Source: the human T2T-CHM13v2.0 reference genome, Homo sapiens
NCBI RefSeq assembly: GCF_009914755.1
Contig: NC_060927.1
Length of the DNA stretch: 64,000 nt
Direction: 5' to 3' (one strand)
Under the pieces are notes generated by a model that was given only the letters and a program-made list of their open reading frames with translations, had not been told where the DNA came from and did no database searches. The position numbers were made by a program, and so were the translations under genes. Positions 13,931-27,369 of this stretch are shown piece after piece. Numbering within the stretch: the first letter of the stretch is position 1; the number at the start of each line of letters is the position of its first letter.

Positions 13931-15179
13931 CCTCAATTTATTTCTTATAATTTCCATCTTTCATTAAGATGGAGGAAAAGCTCATCATTGCGATTTTGTG
14001 CCTGGGAGACCTGCATGCAGCCAGAGTTTTCATTCCTTCATTTCCTTCAGGAGAACATTACTCAGTGAAAGCAGCTTAAAATCTGTAATAACCTGAGAAA
14101 GACCCCAGAGCAAGAGAATCTACAAAATCCATGGCACTCAAGACATAAAACAGCTTGTTTCTTCCAAATATTGGATAATTCAATCATCTTCCAGAAGGCC
14201 ACCAGCAGGAGAATGATAGAAATGACATATTTGCTGTTCATGGAAGAAAAAAATGTAATTGGAAGGAAATAAGACAAGATGTTCACAGATAAAGGAGGAA
14301 GTATCTGCTGGTTTTAAAAATTGTGTGCTAGTTTACTCATCTGCCAACAATAAATCTCTATTTCCATCTTCACAATCAAACTTTGTTAAAATTAAATGTG
14401 AAAAGGTTTTGCATTCAGCAGGACAGTGGTTTTTTTCTTAATGCCTAGAGATAGATCTATAAAGAATAAAGGTTAGTCACTTTAGTAGAACAAGGAGCTG
14501 TTTATCACTTCACAAACCTAATAACTGATTTCCTAAGAAACAGTGCTGAGCACTAGGGCTGCAATTATAACTCCAGCACACACATTCCGGCATTTAGGAA
14601 AAAACTCTATTTTGTGATTAGCAAGCAAACCACCTAGCCTGTGCTTATTGGACTATATATTTTTGAAGTGGCTTTGGTGCTTTGGTCTGTAAAATCATTT
14701 ACAGGCTATATTAATCACAATTTCTTAGCCAAAATACATTTTGACATCACTGAGAAATCAATGTATGTAATTCTTCATTGAGGGCAATGCTGAGTGCCCT
14801 GCTGATATTCAGTTCATCAAATCATTGCATTTTGGGGTAAGCAGGATCAACTGCCAAACTTAAATGTTTCTCTAAACAGGTATAGACAAGATTTCCTGTT
14901 AGTCAGTGATATCAGTTGAAATTAGAACTTAATAATGAAGTATTTGTTTAAAAAATTAAGTTTCATAGTTGATAAAAGTTAGAGAAAAGAACTTCAGGCC
15001 CTACCACCACCTTTTGGGAGTAAAAAGAAGGGGGTTGGTTAAAAATAACATTTTACTAAAAAAAAGTTTTTTGATTGAAATAGACTTGTGTATTTTGTAA
15101 TGTGCATTTGAATAGCATTTTAGAATTTGTCAACAAGATCCTAAAAACCTTACTTGTGACATAAGACTCTCTCTTTGTT

Positions 15180-15371
15180 CCGGGGGTTGACAAATTAAGC
15201 CTGTGGGTCAACCCAGGCCACAGCTCTTTTTTTTTTTTTTTTTTAACAGCCAGCAAGGTAAGAATAATTTTTACATTTTAAAAGGATGAAATAGAATATG
15301 CAAAAGAAACTTAGTTACCTATAAAGCCTAAATTCTGGCCCTTTACGACAAAAATAGTACGCTGACCTCTG
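15180..15371 (+). mobile_element. MER58A-like hAT DNA transposon
   Basis: gggggttgacaaat..gcctgtgggtcaa..taagaataatttttacattttaa..aaagcctaaa..tggccctttac..gctgacctctg. Confidence 0.75.
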
Positions 15372-15449
15372 CTTTAGAAATTGGTAGAACAATTTACTGA
15401 GAACTACATGGCTCAGATAAAATTTATAAAGATCTCTCTTTACCAAGAC

Positions 15450-15858
15450 TGCTTTCAGCTTCCATAACTAAAGACCACAAACTAGTTTGACTCCACCAGA
15501 AATTTATTTTCTCACAGTTTTAGAAGTTAGAAGTCCAAAATCAAGGTATCAGCAGGGTTGGTTCCTTTTGAGGGCTGATGAGGGAAGGATGTGTTCCAAA
15601 CCTCTCTTCTTGGCTTATAAATGACTGTCTTCTCCCTATGTCTCTTCATTTCATCTTCCCTCTGTATGTGTCTCTTTGTCCAAATTTCCCCTTTTGTAAA
15701 GATATCCATTATCTTGAATTATGGCCTACCCTAATGATCTTGTTTTAACTTGATTACCTCTGCAAAGACCCCATCTCCAAATAATGTTACATTCTGAAGT
15801 AACATTGAGAGTTAGGACTCCAAAACATGAATTTTGCAGAGACTGAATCCAACCTAAA
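15450..15858 (-). mobile_element. MLT1B-like MaLR solo LTR
   Basis: cagaaatttattttctcacagtt..gaagtccaaaatcaaggtatcagcagggttggttcc..taacttgattacctctgcaaagacccc. Confidence 0.88.
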
Positions 15859-15879
15859 ACCTACCTAAAACAGTAGAAT

Positions 15880-16050
15880 TCTTTAATATCCTCCACATCA
15901 ACCAAATAAAAATTTCATTTGTGATAGACTTAAATAGATTATATGGCACACTCATGGTCAAATGGCTAATAAACACAAAAATAAGACAGAAACCCAGGTT
16001 TTTGGACTCTAAGTCAAATATACTTTCTGTTCCCCTCAGTTGCTGTAAGG
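15880..16050 (-). mobile_element. MIR fragment
   Basis: catggtcaaatggctaataa..gaaacccaggtttttggactctaagtc. Confidence 0.5.
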
Positions 16051-16604
16051 AATAAAATAAAAACCATATCACACCTTACTCATTCATTCAATTAGTCCAT
16101 TCTACATATATGTATATCATATGCTTATTACATGTCATACATTCTTACATAAATAAGATGGTATCTGTCTCTATGTGAAGGGATAAAGTGCTTGTGCAGG
16201 TATTTATAATAGAAGGCAAAAAGTGATGAGGGCCACTATAAGATATCAGTAATTCAAAGAAGAGATTTTATTTCCTTCATAAGCATAGTTTTAGCGCAAG
16301 TAGCCTACATCTTACAGTGTGCGTAGCCTCAAGAGTCTGTTAAGGTGGAAACTATTCTCTCTTCGCACTCTGAATGAGAATATCAAAAGCCATTACCAGT
16401 CAGGATCTATCTTTTTTGGATATCATTTTTTTCATAGTATCTGATAGGATTTTTTAAATTGGGATGTTCTAAAAATAACACATAGAAAAGGTTTAATAAT
16501 AACTGAATGTTTAACATGAAATGAAAAAAATGTATAACAAAACAGTTAATAGAAGTTTATGCAACAAAACGAAATTAACATATACCATGATAATCCTAAG
16601 AGAA

Positions 16605-17115
16605 TAAATAAAGGAACAGAAAACCAAATACCACGTATACTCACTTGTAAGTGGGAGCTAAACATTGAGCACACATGGACATAGATATAGGAACAATAGA
16701 CACTGTGGACTACTAAACTGTTCCACCTCAGATCATCAGAGATTTAGTTAGAGTCTCTTCAGGAGGGTGCAACCCAGATCCGTCACATGTGTGGTTCACA
16801 ATAGGCTTCTGCTTCCTATGAGAATCTAGTGCCGCTGCTGCTGATCTGACAGGAGGCAGAGCTCTGGCAGTAATACTTAATCTCCCACTGCTACTTCTCC
16901 CCCACTGCTCACCTATTGCTGCTCCACTGCTCACCTCCCGGGGTGTTGGGAACCTCTGTACTAGAGGGTAGAGAAAGGTATGTTAAAAAACTATCAGGTC
17001 CTATGCTCACTATCTGGGTGACAAGATCTGTACCCCAAACCTCAGCATCATGCAATATTCCCATGTAACTATCCTGCACATGTACCAACTCTATCTAAAA
17101 TAAAATTTGAAATTA
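16605..17115 (+). mobile_element. L1PA15/16-like 3' end, interrupted by MER1
   Basis: aaaaccaaataccacg..ctcacttgtaagtgggagctaaacattgag..ccaaacctcagcatcatgcaatattcccatgtaac..tctaaaataaaa. Confidence 0.88.
16715..16958 (+). mobile_element. MER1B-like hAT DNA transposon, left end deleted
   Basis: aaactgttccacctcagatcatcag..cctatgagaatct..ctgatctgacaggaggcagagctc..gttgggaacctctg; host target tactagag on the right, only tacta on the left. Confidence 0.88.
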
Positions 17116-17432
17116 AATATATACATATATATGTGTATATATGTGTATATGTGTGTATATATATGTGTGTATATATGTGTGTGTATCTATGTGTGTGTAT
17201 ATATATGTGTGTATATATATACACACACATATAAGAAAAGAGTGGAAATTAATACTTAAATCTCATAGTGTATGTGTATTATATATATAAATACTTAAAT
17301 CTCATAGTGTGTGTATATATGTATATATACATATATGCACATATATTATTATTAAACAATATTAATATTATTACATATATATGTACACACACACTGTGAG
17401 ATTTGAGTATTAATTTCCACTCTTTTCTTATA
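17116..17432. repeat. (TA)n/(TG)n tract with ~49-bp inverted repeat
   Basis: arms 17230-17278 and 17384-17432 are reverse complements with 3 mismatches. Confidence 0.9.
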
Positions 17433-19049
17433 ATTTCTTATAATTAGGGAAACCCTTAGTAACCATGTAACCTAATTCACATAAGCCTTTTTCGGTTTTT
17501 TGTGTGCTTTGTTTTTGTTTCATTTACTTTAATGTTGTTTGTGTGATTGCTGCTGTTGTTATTGTCATTCTGACCTTCCCATTCTGAGTCATTTAGGTCT
17601 CTTTTTCTCTCACTTCTCATTTTTGCAGGAGCTTGCTAGATGGTCAGTTTCTTTTATCAAGGTACTTAATATCAATATCAGGGAATTTACAGCATCACTA
17701 TAAACAATTTCTAAAGGTTTACATTATTTATATTCTCTCCTGAATCTATTTAAGCAGGCTAGGTTTCATCCAAAGCGTGATCTCTAGAAAATGCTTGCTT
17801 CTGGACTCCTTCCTCATTTCTCTCCTCTGAGACACGGGCTTGGCCTCCCACTGAGTTAAGCTATATGGTAGAAAGGTTTTTATAGCTCCTCAATTTTGGC
17901 AAAAACAGAACGGCTTCCAAGTTAAATCTAAACTGAGAAAATCTCTTGCACTGCACAGATGTCATTGACTTAATTATATTTCCTGTGATAAAATATTGAA
18001 TTTCTCCTCTAGCCATTACCACATAGAGTTTTATTGTTTAACTACAGCATGCCTATTTTTGAAACATCCGACGGTGATATATGAGTTCATCGTATCTTTA
18101 AATGCATTATCTAAGTAGAGGCCAAAGAAGACCCACACTTGAAATGATTGTTTCATCTAAGTTGGACGGCCATTTTCGGCACTAAGGTTTAACCAGAGAG
18201 ATAAATATTAGTCTTTCTGTGGTTAGGCTTACAGAATCACAGGCGTCTAAACAACTTAAGCAAAATACTTACATTGCATTATATAACTTGGATTATGTAG
18301 GTTCTTGACCCAAACTGCTCCAAGAAATGCCAAGACCCCATTTTACTTTGTAGACATAAGACTTTCTTTTCTGTCTGAGCAAATGCATTTCTGCATGCAT
18401 GTAATCATTTTACTCATGGCTCCCTCTCTCTTCTAGCTCAATAAAACATTAAATTATTTGTTTAAAAACATATTATTAGTTTCGCATATAACACAACTTT
18501 AGTTAGATTTATATATAACATGGATATTGTATAATTATGGTTATTTACAGTAATTACTATCTTATTTTTTTGTATTACGAATTCAACAACACAAAATAAA
18601 AGTGTGCATGCAGTGCTATTTTGCATTTAAACCCTAAATCCAGGCACTCTGCTCAATAGAAATCCGAAACACTTGAAACTTTTCTCTCACATAGATTCTG
18701 TTGGAACTGAGGGGAGATTTAAAGCAGAGGACCTGGACTTCTCCCTTGGGCATGCACACTCTACAGTATCCAGCACATCCCTGAAACCAGAGAAAACTCA
18801 TTTCAGGGACTGGGATTTGAAGAATTGTCCATGCTGGGTAGTCATCTCAATGCACAACACATTTCTCATAACAGAGTTCCCAGTGGCAACTGGTAAAAGC
18901 CACTGGAAGTGTCAACCTGCTCCATTTTGTGGATAAAGTAGTGAATTATCTGTACTTCGAGAACCCTAAAATTGGAGTGGAACTTTGAAGTGTGAGGACT
19001 AGGCTGATATTGTGGTTGTCTATAATTTGGAGGTGGAAGGCAGGGATTG

Positions 19050-19240
19050 CTTCTCTCACCATTATCAAGCACATGAATTGTTATAGAAGGCAGAACTACA
19101 TCTCTCTGTAAACACTGGTGATGTTCCACACGTACTCACTAAATTTTAATTTTGTGCCATGGGATAAAGTCCAGGGATTTGCATTTTGCACAAGCATTCT
19201 GGAGTTTCTTTTTCAAGTGTTTCTTCCTTTGAGAAACCAA
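19050..19240. mobile_element. MER5-like DNA transposon fragment
   Basis: ccagggatttgcatttt..acaagcattctggagtttct..ctttgagaaacca. Confidence 0.45.
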
Positions 19241-19434
19241 ATATAAGAGGTAATAATTTTTAATATTATCTGATTTATTCAATTATATAAGTAGAAGGAA
19301 TTAAATTATATTTAATATAAAGAAATATAAAAAACATAGTAATGAATAATAACCTGTATTTATCCCTTTTATCTGTCCTATTACATTATATAGTATATAA
19401 AATATAGATTTGCCTTTTCAAATTACAGAGTAAT

Positions 19435-22075
19435 ACTTTTTTGTCAGTTCTATGAAGGTATAATTTCTGTACAATTATTATCTACAAAAAACTGCATCCT
19501 ATTTAAAATACAAAATTTTATGTGTTTTGATAGAGGTAAACATTCATAAAACCACTGCCACAACCATGACATAAACATGTCCATTAGCCCTAAAGGTTTT
19601 CTCAAGCCCTTTTGCATTTTATCCCTCCTTCTGTTCCTGTCCCCAATCATTGATTTGCTTTTTTTCACTTTTTCATGTATTTATTGTCCATTCTTAAATT
19701 TCTTAAGTGTTGGTTCGCATATTTCTCCATTTTCTGTTGGGTTACCTTCTTATTGGTGGATTTAATTTTTTTAAAACCCTAAGGACTCCTCCAGAAAACT
19801 GCTAGAACTGATAAAATAATTCAGCAAAGTTTCCAGATAAAAGATTAATGTACATAAATCAGTAGCTCTTCTCTATGCCAACAGTGGCCAAGCACAGAAT
19901 CAAATTAAGAACTCAACCCCTTTTAAAATAGCTGCAAAAAAATACTTAGAAACATAGCTAACCAAAGAGTTGGAAGACCTCTATAAGGAAAACTGGAAAA
20001 CACTGCTGAAAGAAATTATAGACAACACAAATGGAAACACATCTCATACTTGTGGATGGGTAGAATCAATATTGTGAAAATGACCATGCTGCCCAAAGCA
20101 ATCTACAAATTCAAGGCAATCCCCATCAAAATACCACCATTATTCTTCACATAATTCAAAGAAACAATTCTAAAATTCATATGGAACCAAAAAACAGCCC
20201 ACATAGCCAAAGCAAGACTAAGCAAAAAGAACAAAGCATCACACTACTTGATTTCAAACTATACTATAAGGCTATAGTCACCAAAACAGCACAGTACTGG
20301 TATAGAAATAGGCACATAGACCAATGGAACAGAAGAGAGAACCCAGAAATAAACCCAAATACAGCCAACTGATCTTTGCAAAGCAAACAAAAACATAAAC
20401 TTAGGAAAGGACACCCTTTTCAATAATTGATGTTGGGAAAATTGGTTAGCCACATGTAAGAGAATGAAACTGGACCCTCATCTCTCACCTTATACAAAAA
20501 TCAATGCAAGATGTATTAAGGACTTAAACCTAGGACCAGAAACTATAAAAATTCTAGAAGATCACTTTGGAAAAACCTTTCTAGATGGTGGCTTAGACAA
20601 GGATTTCATGACCATGAACCCAAAAGCAAATTCAATAAAAACAAAGATAAATAGCTGGGACCTAGTTAAACTAAAGAGCTTTTGCATGACAAAAGGAACA
20701 GTCAGCAGAGTAAACAGACAACCAGAGTGAGAGAAAATCTTCACAATCTTTACATCTGACAAGGGACTAATATCCAGAATCTACAACAAACTTAGACAAA
20801 TCAGTAGGAAAAAAACAAACAATCCCATCCAAAAGTGGGCTAAGGACATGAATAGATAATTCTCAAAAGAAGATATACAAATGGCCAACAAACATGAAAA
20901 AATGCTCAACACCACTTATGATCAAGGAAATGCAAATTAAAACAACAATGCAATGCTACCTTACTCCTGCAAGAATGAACATAATCACAAAATCCAAAAA
21001 CAGTAGATGTTGACATGGGTGCAGTGAACAGGGAACACTTCTACACTGCTGGTGGGAATGTAAGCCAGTACAGCCACAATGGAAAACAGTGTGGAAATTC
21101 CCTAAAGAACTAAAAGTAGAACTACCATTTGATCCAGCAATCCCAATACTGGGTATCTACTGAAAGGAAAAGAAGTCATTATTCAAAAACGATACTTGCA
21201 CAACACATGTTTATAGCAGCACAGTTCACAATTGCAAAATTGTGGAACCAACCCAAATGCCCATCAATCAATGAGTGGATAAAGAAACTGTGGTAAATAT
21301 ATATGATGGGTTACTATGCAGCCATAAAAAGGAATGCATTAACAGTACTTGCAGTGACCTGGATGAGATTGGAGACTATTATTTTAAGTGAAGTAACTCA
21401 GGAATGGAAAACCAAACATCGTATGTTCTCACTGATATGTGGGAGCTAACCTATGTGGATGCAAAGGCATGAGAATGGCACAATGGACTTTGGGGATTTG
21501 GGGGAAGGGTGAGAGTGGAGTGAAAGATAAAAGACTACAAATATGGTGCAGTGTTTATTGCTCAGGAGATGGGTGCACCAAAATCTCACAAATCACCACT
21601 AAAGAACTTACTCATGTAACCAAATGCCTCCTGTACCCCAATATGGAAAAAAATGAATATAACAATGACCAAAAGTAACACAAAGTTTACAGTCTGGTGA
21701 GGCAAAGACATTTTTATGAACTCATTGCACAAGTAAATATAAATTAAAATGGGAGAAAACTCAATGTGCTGTAGAAAAGTGGTCAACTTATGTTCTTTTG
21801 ATTTAATATTATGCAGTAATTGAGGTTGTTTTAAATAATTGTAAAATAATCACAATAACAGCAGATTTTTTAAAGTATAATATAAAAGTACAGATTATAA
21901 TGTTAAAATAAATGCATATTTAGCCTTAAAATAATTTTTTCATATTATTCTGGATCCAAGTCCATTGTCAGATATATAGAGAATATTTTCTCCTAGTCTG
22001 TGGATATCCTCTTCATTTTCTTAATATAGTACCTTTCAGAGAGAAACAAATTTTAATTTTGATGAAATTTAAGTA
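19435..22075 (-). mobile_element. old L1M (L1MC/MD-like) 3' region, host of the L1PB insertion
   Basis: antisense 3'UTR phrases 19440-19765; resumes atattattctggatccaagtccattgtcagatata..ttttaattttgatgaaat at ~21940-22075. Confidence 0.65.
19772..21655 (+). mobile_element. 5'-truncated L1PB (L1PB1/2-like): ORF2 3' part plus 3'UTR
   Basis: ORF2 remnants ([14 protein letters not shown]; [14 protein letters not shown]); 3'UTR gggtgcaccaaaatctcacaaatcaccactaaagaacttactcatgtaacc. Confidence 0.93.
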
Positions 22076-22079
22076 GTAC

Positions 22080-25000
22080 CATATTAGGGGCAAGGCATTG
22101 GTCTCTGTGGTTAGCAGATGGGACATTCAGAATTAGTAGTAACTACAGTGGCTCCGACTGGAGGGAGTCCACACTAACAGACCTATGTGTATCCTGTCAA
22201 GTCTAATCATGTCTGTCATGGAATAACTGATGTGGAAGGCTGGACAATATCAACTTGTCTGTAATTTTGTCTACTTGCTTGTTTGGTGCCTCTTCTTTGG
22301 TGAATAATTTTTAGTGGATATTGATCTGTGATACAAAAATCTTCATCCCTTTTATGTCTTTCCACTTGTCTGTCCACACACTTTACCTCTGACTTCCTTG
22401 TCTCTAGCCTTTTCCCTTTCAGACATCTGATTGGATGGTGACACAATTAGCCATTGCCCAAGAATCTCTATATATTCTCATCTGAGCCACTTCTCTTTCC
22501 ACACAAGGTGGGTGTCCAGGTGCACGACTCACTGCTCTGCTTGTAAAGAATATTTCTTCTCTCCATTGGCTTTCTTTTTTAGACTTGAATTGTAATCCAG
22601 AGAGTCTCTGGTTTTGGCTTGCATGCAATTGCCAAGTCGACACATCTAAAATCCAAGCTCAGATTTTTATTCTTCCTTAAGATGGTTTTATGTAGTCTCA
22701 TATTATAGGGTCATTTAAGCAAGCTGGGGAATGATGCTGATCGTACTATGGTGTCATGGGCATGTAAGTCACCTGCGTATTTTTATCTGGCCCTGCTCAA
22801 GATCAATCCCTAACATTTACTTTTTATTTAGGACTGCTGTTGGTTTTGTTCCACTTTATGAATTGGTGCATCCAATAGAACCCAGCTCATAGTGGGCAGC
22901 TCCAGGTGCATGGTCACCTGATGGCCATGGTTAAGCAGTTTGTCTGTACCAAAGCCTAGTAACATGCCAACAGCTATTTCTCAAATAGCACATAAGTCTC
23001 TGTGATAAATGGCATCATGACCTCACTTCCGAATGGTTCTCTCACTGGAGCTTGCCCAAAACCTAATGTTGCATCTTTTCCCATGAATACCATAGTGACT
23101 GCTGACTTGTATGGCCCATGTGGTAGTACTGTTTGTAATGAAATCTACACCTTAAGTAGAATTCTTTTTTGATCCAGGTTCCATTCAAAATTGGTATCAT
23201 ATGTGTCACTGGGTATAAAGTCTAAAGCAGTATTCCCAGGTGTGGACTATTTTGTCTCCAAAACTCAAGAAAGGCTAGTTGCAGTGCACTTCATTCCTTG
23301 TGATAGGTAATGAGTCACAGCAACTTGTTTTTTACTTTGGAGCTAATATGCTGCCATTCTCTGATGACTAGACCTATAAGTCTTTACTAGAAGCCACAGT
23401 TTTTGAATGTTTATAAGCTTTATCTCCCTTCCACTGGACCACATGTATTTTATCAAAGCTCAGTTTACTAGCCACCTCTTGTTCATCTGGTTGGATCAAG
23501 ATAATATCATTGATTTAATGGATAAGTGGAGTGTTCTGTGGTGTGTCCTGCTATTCCAGATTTCTCTGGGCTGTATTACAACACAGTAGTAGAGTTAATA
23601 TAGATCTATGACAACACTGTAAATCAATACTATTGTCTGTTCCATGTGAATATAAACTACTTCAACTCTTCTCTCATAATCAGAATAAAAAAGAATGAAT
23701 TCACCAAATCAACAATTGCAAGCCATAAACCTCATGCTTTATTACTATGTCTTGATAACTATATCATGTCTGGTACAGTAACTGATATAAGGACAACTAA
23801 TTAGTTAAGCCCACTGTCTTCAGTCATGTACCAGTATCCACATAGATTCTGCATGGATTCACATGGCAGAATTAAATGGAGATATAATAGAAACCACCAA
23901 ACCACCAGGTGTGCAACCCAATAAGACTGTAATGGTGGTACCAATCTCTTAATCTCTCTTGAGGTAAAATAACGGTTTTGATTTAATATCTTGGCCAGTA
24001 GAAAGAGTTTCAGATGTTTCCGCTTGGTCTTACCTACTGAGTTAGTTCTTATTCTACGGGTCAATAATATATTGGTGGGAGTTACTTCAACTGCTAAGTA
24101 TAGCAATTCCACTTATGCACTTGGAGATTGGGTAAATGAACTTAGAAATCGAGTAAATTCACAATTGCTCTACACATCCAATGGTCTCATTCTGATTCAG
24201 TCTTAACTACAGCTGCATTTATTATTTGGTGCCCATTAGCCCCCACTCTAAAAGGCAGCATAATAATGCTTTGGATTTTTAGGTGCCAATGTTAATAACC
24301 TGTTTCCAACACTACTCAAAATGCCTGGGCATTTTTCTTTCCAAAGTGCAGTCAAACCTGGTAAATGATATTGGGTTCCTTTGGAGAAGGACTAGGGGAA
24401 TCATCACATCACATTATATACTTGCCACAGTATTACAGCGTTCTTCCTGCAAGAAGGGACCACCTTTAGATAATGGATTCCAGATAGTAAAATTGGCTCA
24501 GATCTAGGAAATTCACAGTAGATCATAACTTTATATCAAGACTACTGCTCTCAGATTCCTTCTCTACCATCCTCGCCTTTTTTCTTTGTACTAGATTTTA
24601 ATCAGTACCCTTGTTGGCTGCCTGTCTAGTTTGCTTGAGGAATGCCACTGTGATCTATTAGCCATCTCCACAACTTCCTAAAGGTCAATCATCCTTGGAT
24701 GCGCCTCTTACCTTGCCAGTCACTGTAGTAATTAGGGTATCCTGGCTCCTTGTGATTAGCCCTGTGCCCCGGCTCTGTCACTTCATGGATGACATTGATG
24801 CCAATTCTATGACTTCTCTTTCCACCAGTCCTAGTTCACAGAGAGGACCACAATGAACTTTTTCTTTTTTCCACACTGAACTTATTAATGATGCTTGTTC
24901 TTCTCTCACCATGGTATTTATAATGGCCTTAAGAATGATCTGGGGGAGATTACTGAGTAGGAAACGTGTTGCCTTGTTGAGGACATGCCTCTGAAATGTC

Positions 25001-25560
25001 TTTCCAGAGTAGAGAAAATGCTAGCTCTTATTATGAAAGGGTGAGCAACCTGTCAGTTCTGAGGATTTGGGAGAATCTGCTCAGCCAATATCTTCAGGGA
25101 CACTTATCCAGATGTTGTTATCCAATGTCTCAGAATCCCACATGTTCATAACCAAGGTCCTGATCTCAGAAAAACAGATCTGCCCTCGTTTAGATGCAGA
25201 CATCTCTAGACCTCTGTGACTCTTTTAGGTCTTCAGTCTCCAGCTTACCTATGACATGTTTAGCTATTTACTGCTTGGTGGTGGTGCTCAGTTTTTCATT
25301 ATCTCTCTGCAGGTGACTAATACAAATTAGCAATAATCAGTCCATTCCACTCTCATTGTATGGATAATTTTCCCACATATTCCAAAAGCCAGGATCATTG
25401 CATCTGCAATGACATTCCCCTCCACTGGGACATTTTCCCAGGAAACCATGAATGAAAGCTTTAGCTATTGTCTTGTGCCAGAGACTAGCTGTGCCCCATC
25501 TAACTATCCTCTTTGCCCACTGTTCAGTGAATGAACTAGTTCTAAACCCACTAACATGTA
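22080..25560 (-). mobile_element. decayed ERVL-class internal region (gag-pro-pol; HERV16/ERV3-16A3-like), no adjacent LTRs
   Basis: minus-strand pol motifs: SPFNSAM (~23865-23883, cf ERVL SPFNSPIWPV), LIH*INDIILIQPDEQEVASKL (23461-23526, cf LVHYIDDIMLIGPSEQEVA), RNase H RIYRDSWAMAN (~22450-22482); gag side less certain. Confidence 0.8.
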
Positions 25561-27333
25561 GGTAATAAGTAAAATTTGTCTGTTTCCTCAGACCATATTA
25601 TTTAATTTGAACACTATATTTTGTGCACATTGCATGAGACTTATTACATCTGTGATTCTGGAAGACTATGCTGATTTGCTAAATGTGGGAAAAGGGGGCT
25701 TTGGAATGACATTGTAGAACATTAACTAAATAATTTTGTTTTGATTATGGAAATTTAGGATGATATTTAGGTAAGGGGCAGGACTGAAGATATTATACCA
25801 ACAGGTGAAGGTCAAACACTGTGTGATGATGAACTTCCCAAATAAAAAGCTCAGGACTGGAGAGGATGAGAGAATAGTAAGACAGGGCTTTATTATCTAA
25901 TTTCCATGCTAACATAGTAAAAATGTCTGAAAATGTAAAATATCATCAACAGTAAAATCCTAATGATCCAGGAAGGGCTATTTCCTAGGAAGGCTCTGCT
26001 GTCTTGATGTTTCTGACTCTAGTTACTTGGGTCCTCTTTCACCCTTTTCCTCATATCTGTATACATCTATTTTTTCATTAAAAAATTCTCTCATTCTTAT
26101 GTGGATTATTTTTCTCCTTCCTCCCTTCTTAACCTCTGTCTTCCTTTCTCCTGTGCCTTTATTTTTTTCTCTCCTTTACGGTGATGATATTTGAACCATT
26201 ATGTAATAATCATAATTAAGTGAAAAAAGAAGAGATTGGTAAAGCTGACCAAAAATAAGCAATCAGTCAGAAAGGTTAGAAGAAAACTGGTAATAATAAA
26301 TGAATTTAAATTTTACTACAGGGTGAAATATAAAAAAAGAGCCAGTAAGACTGAAGAAAACCTGAATACGAATCAGATTTTAATTAGTTTCCCCATATTG
26401 TCAAGGAGGTTTTAGTACTCTCCTGCTACTAAATTCATCTGGAAGAATCTTTCTGTTTAAATTGAAGCAACAGAAATAAAGCTTACTGTTAACTGAGAAT
26501 TTGTTTTTTAATTAGCAGACTGGTCAAGTTGTATGACACTATATGGAAAAATGCTAAAGTTTATGTGCTCTCTCATAATTACATTGTAAACCACTAAGAA
26601 ATAAAATTTGAAATGAAGAAAAATATTTTAAGCATTTCCTGAAGTAAGCTGATGATGTCTCAACAAGATACAACCTAAAGAACATTATAGTTCTGTTATA
26701 GTCTAAACTTTCAAAAACGATTTGTTTTGATAGACATTATCACTGCATCTTCAGTTTTCATTAAACTCTGAGGCCCTGTTGGTGTTCTTAGTAGTTCTTA
26801 TGGACTCCTTTTCTTCATACACATCAAACATGAAAACACAAATCAAATTAGTTTGTAATCTTAAATTGATTCTTACTCAGCTTTTTGGCCCTCTTCAGCA
26901 TTGAGCACAGTGCTTGAGAGTGAATTCACCTCAGCAAAAGTTGTGAAATGTCTTCCCCCAGACAGTTTACATGCAACAAATTGTGGGAAACCGACTGTAT
27001 TTAATGATATATTATGCAAAGTAAGCAGCTATTTAGCTGATTGAGAGTGGGAATTTTTTTTTTTAATCAAGAAGTGGGTATTTTTTGTCCAGTGTTTGAT
27101 ATCTCCCTGGGCAATGTGAAATGAATAACTGAGATCCTTATAGGTTTTTCTTGGATGAGTTAAGTCTTGAGTATAGTAAAATATGTAGCTATCACGATCC
27201 TAGGTTAATAATTTCTCCCAGGGCAAGGGCAAGGACAGCGTCTTGTCTCTGCTCAAGAATCAGCCACGACATTTTATCTCCTCGGTGTGCCTTTGGGAAC
27301 ACTGGCTAAGCTGTGCTTCTGTCACCAAACCCT

Positions 27334-27334
<1 letters not shown>

Positions 27335-27369
<35 letters not shown>

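Noticed and set aside
25820-25932. C/D box snoRNA-like TGATGA..CTGA pair
   Set aside because: No terminal stem, no recognisable guide, and such motifs are frequent by chance.
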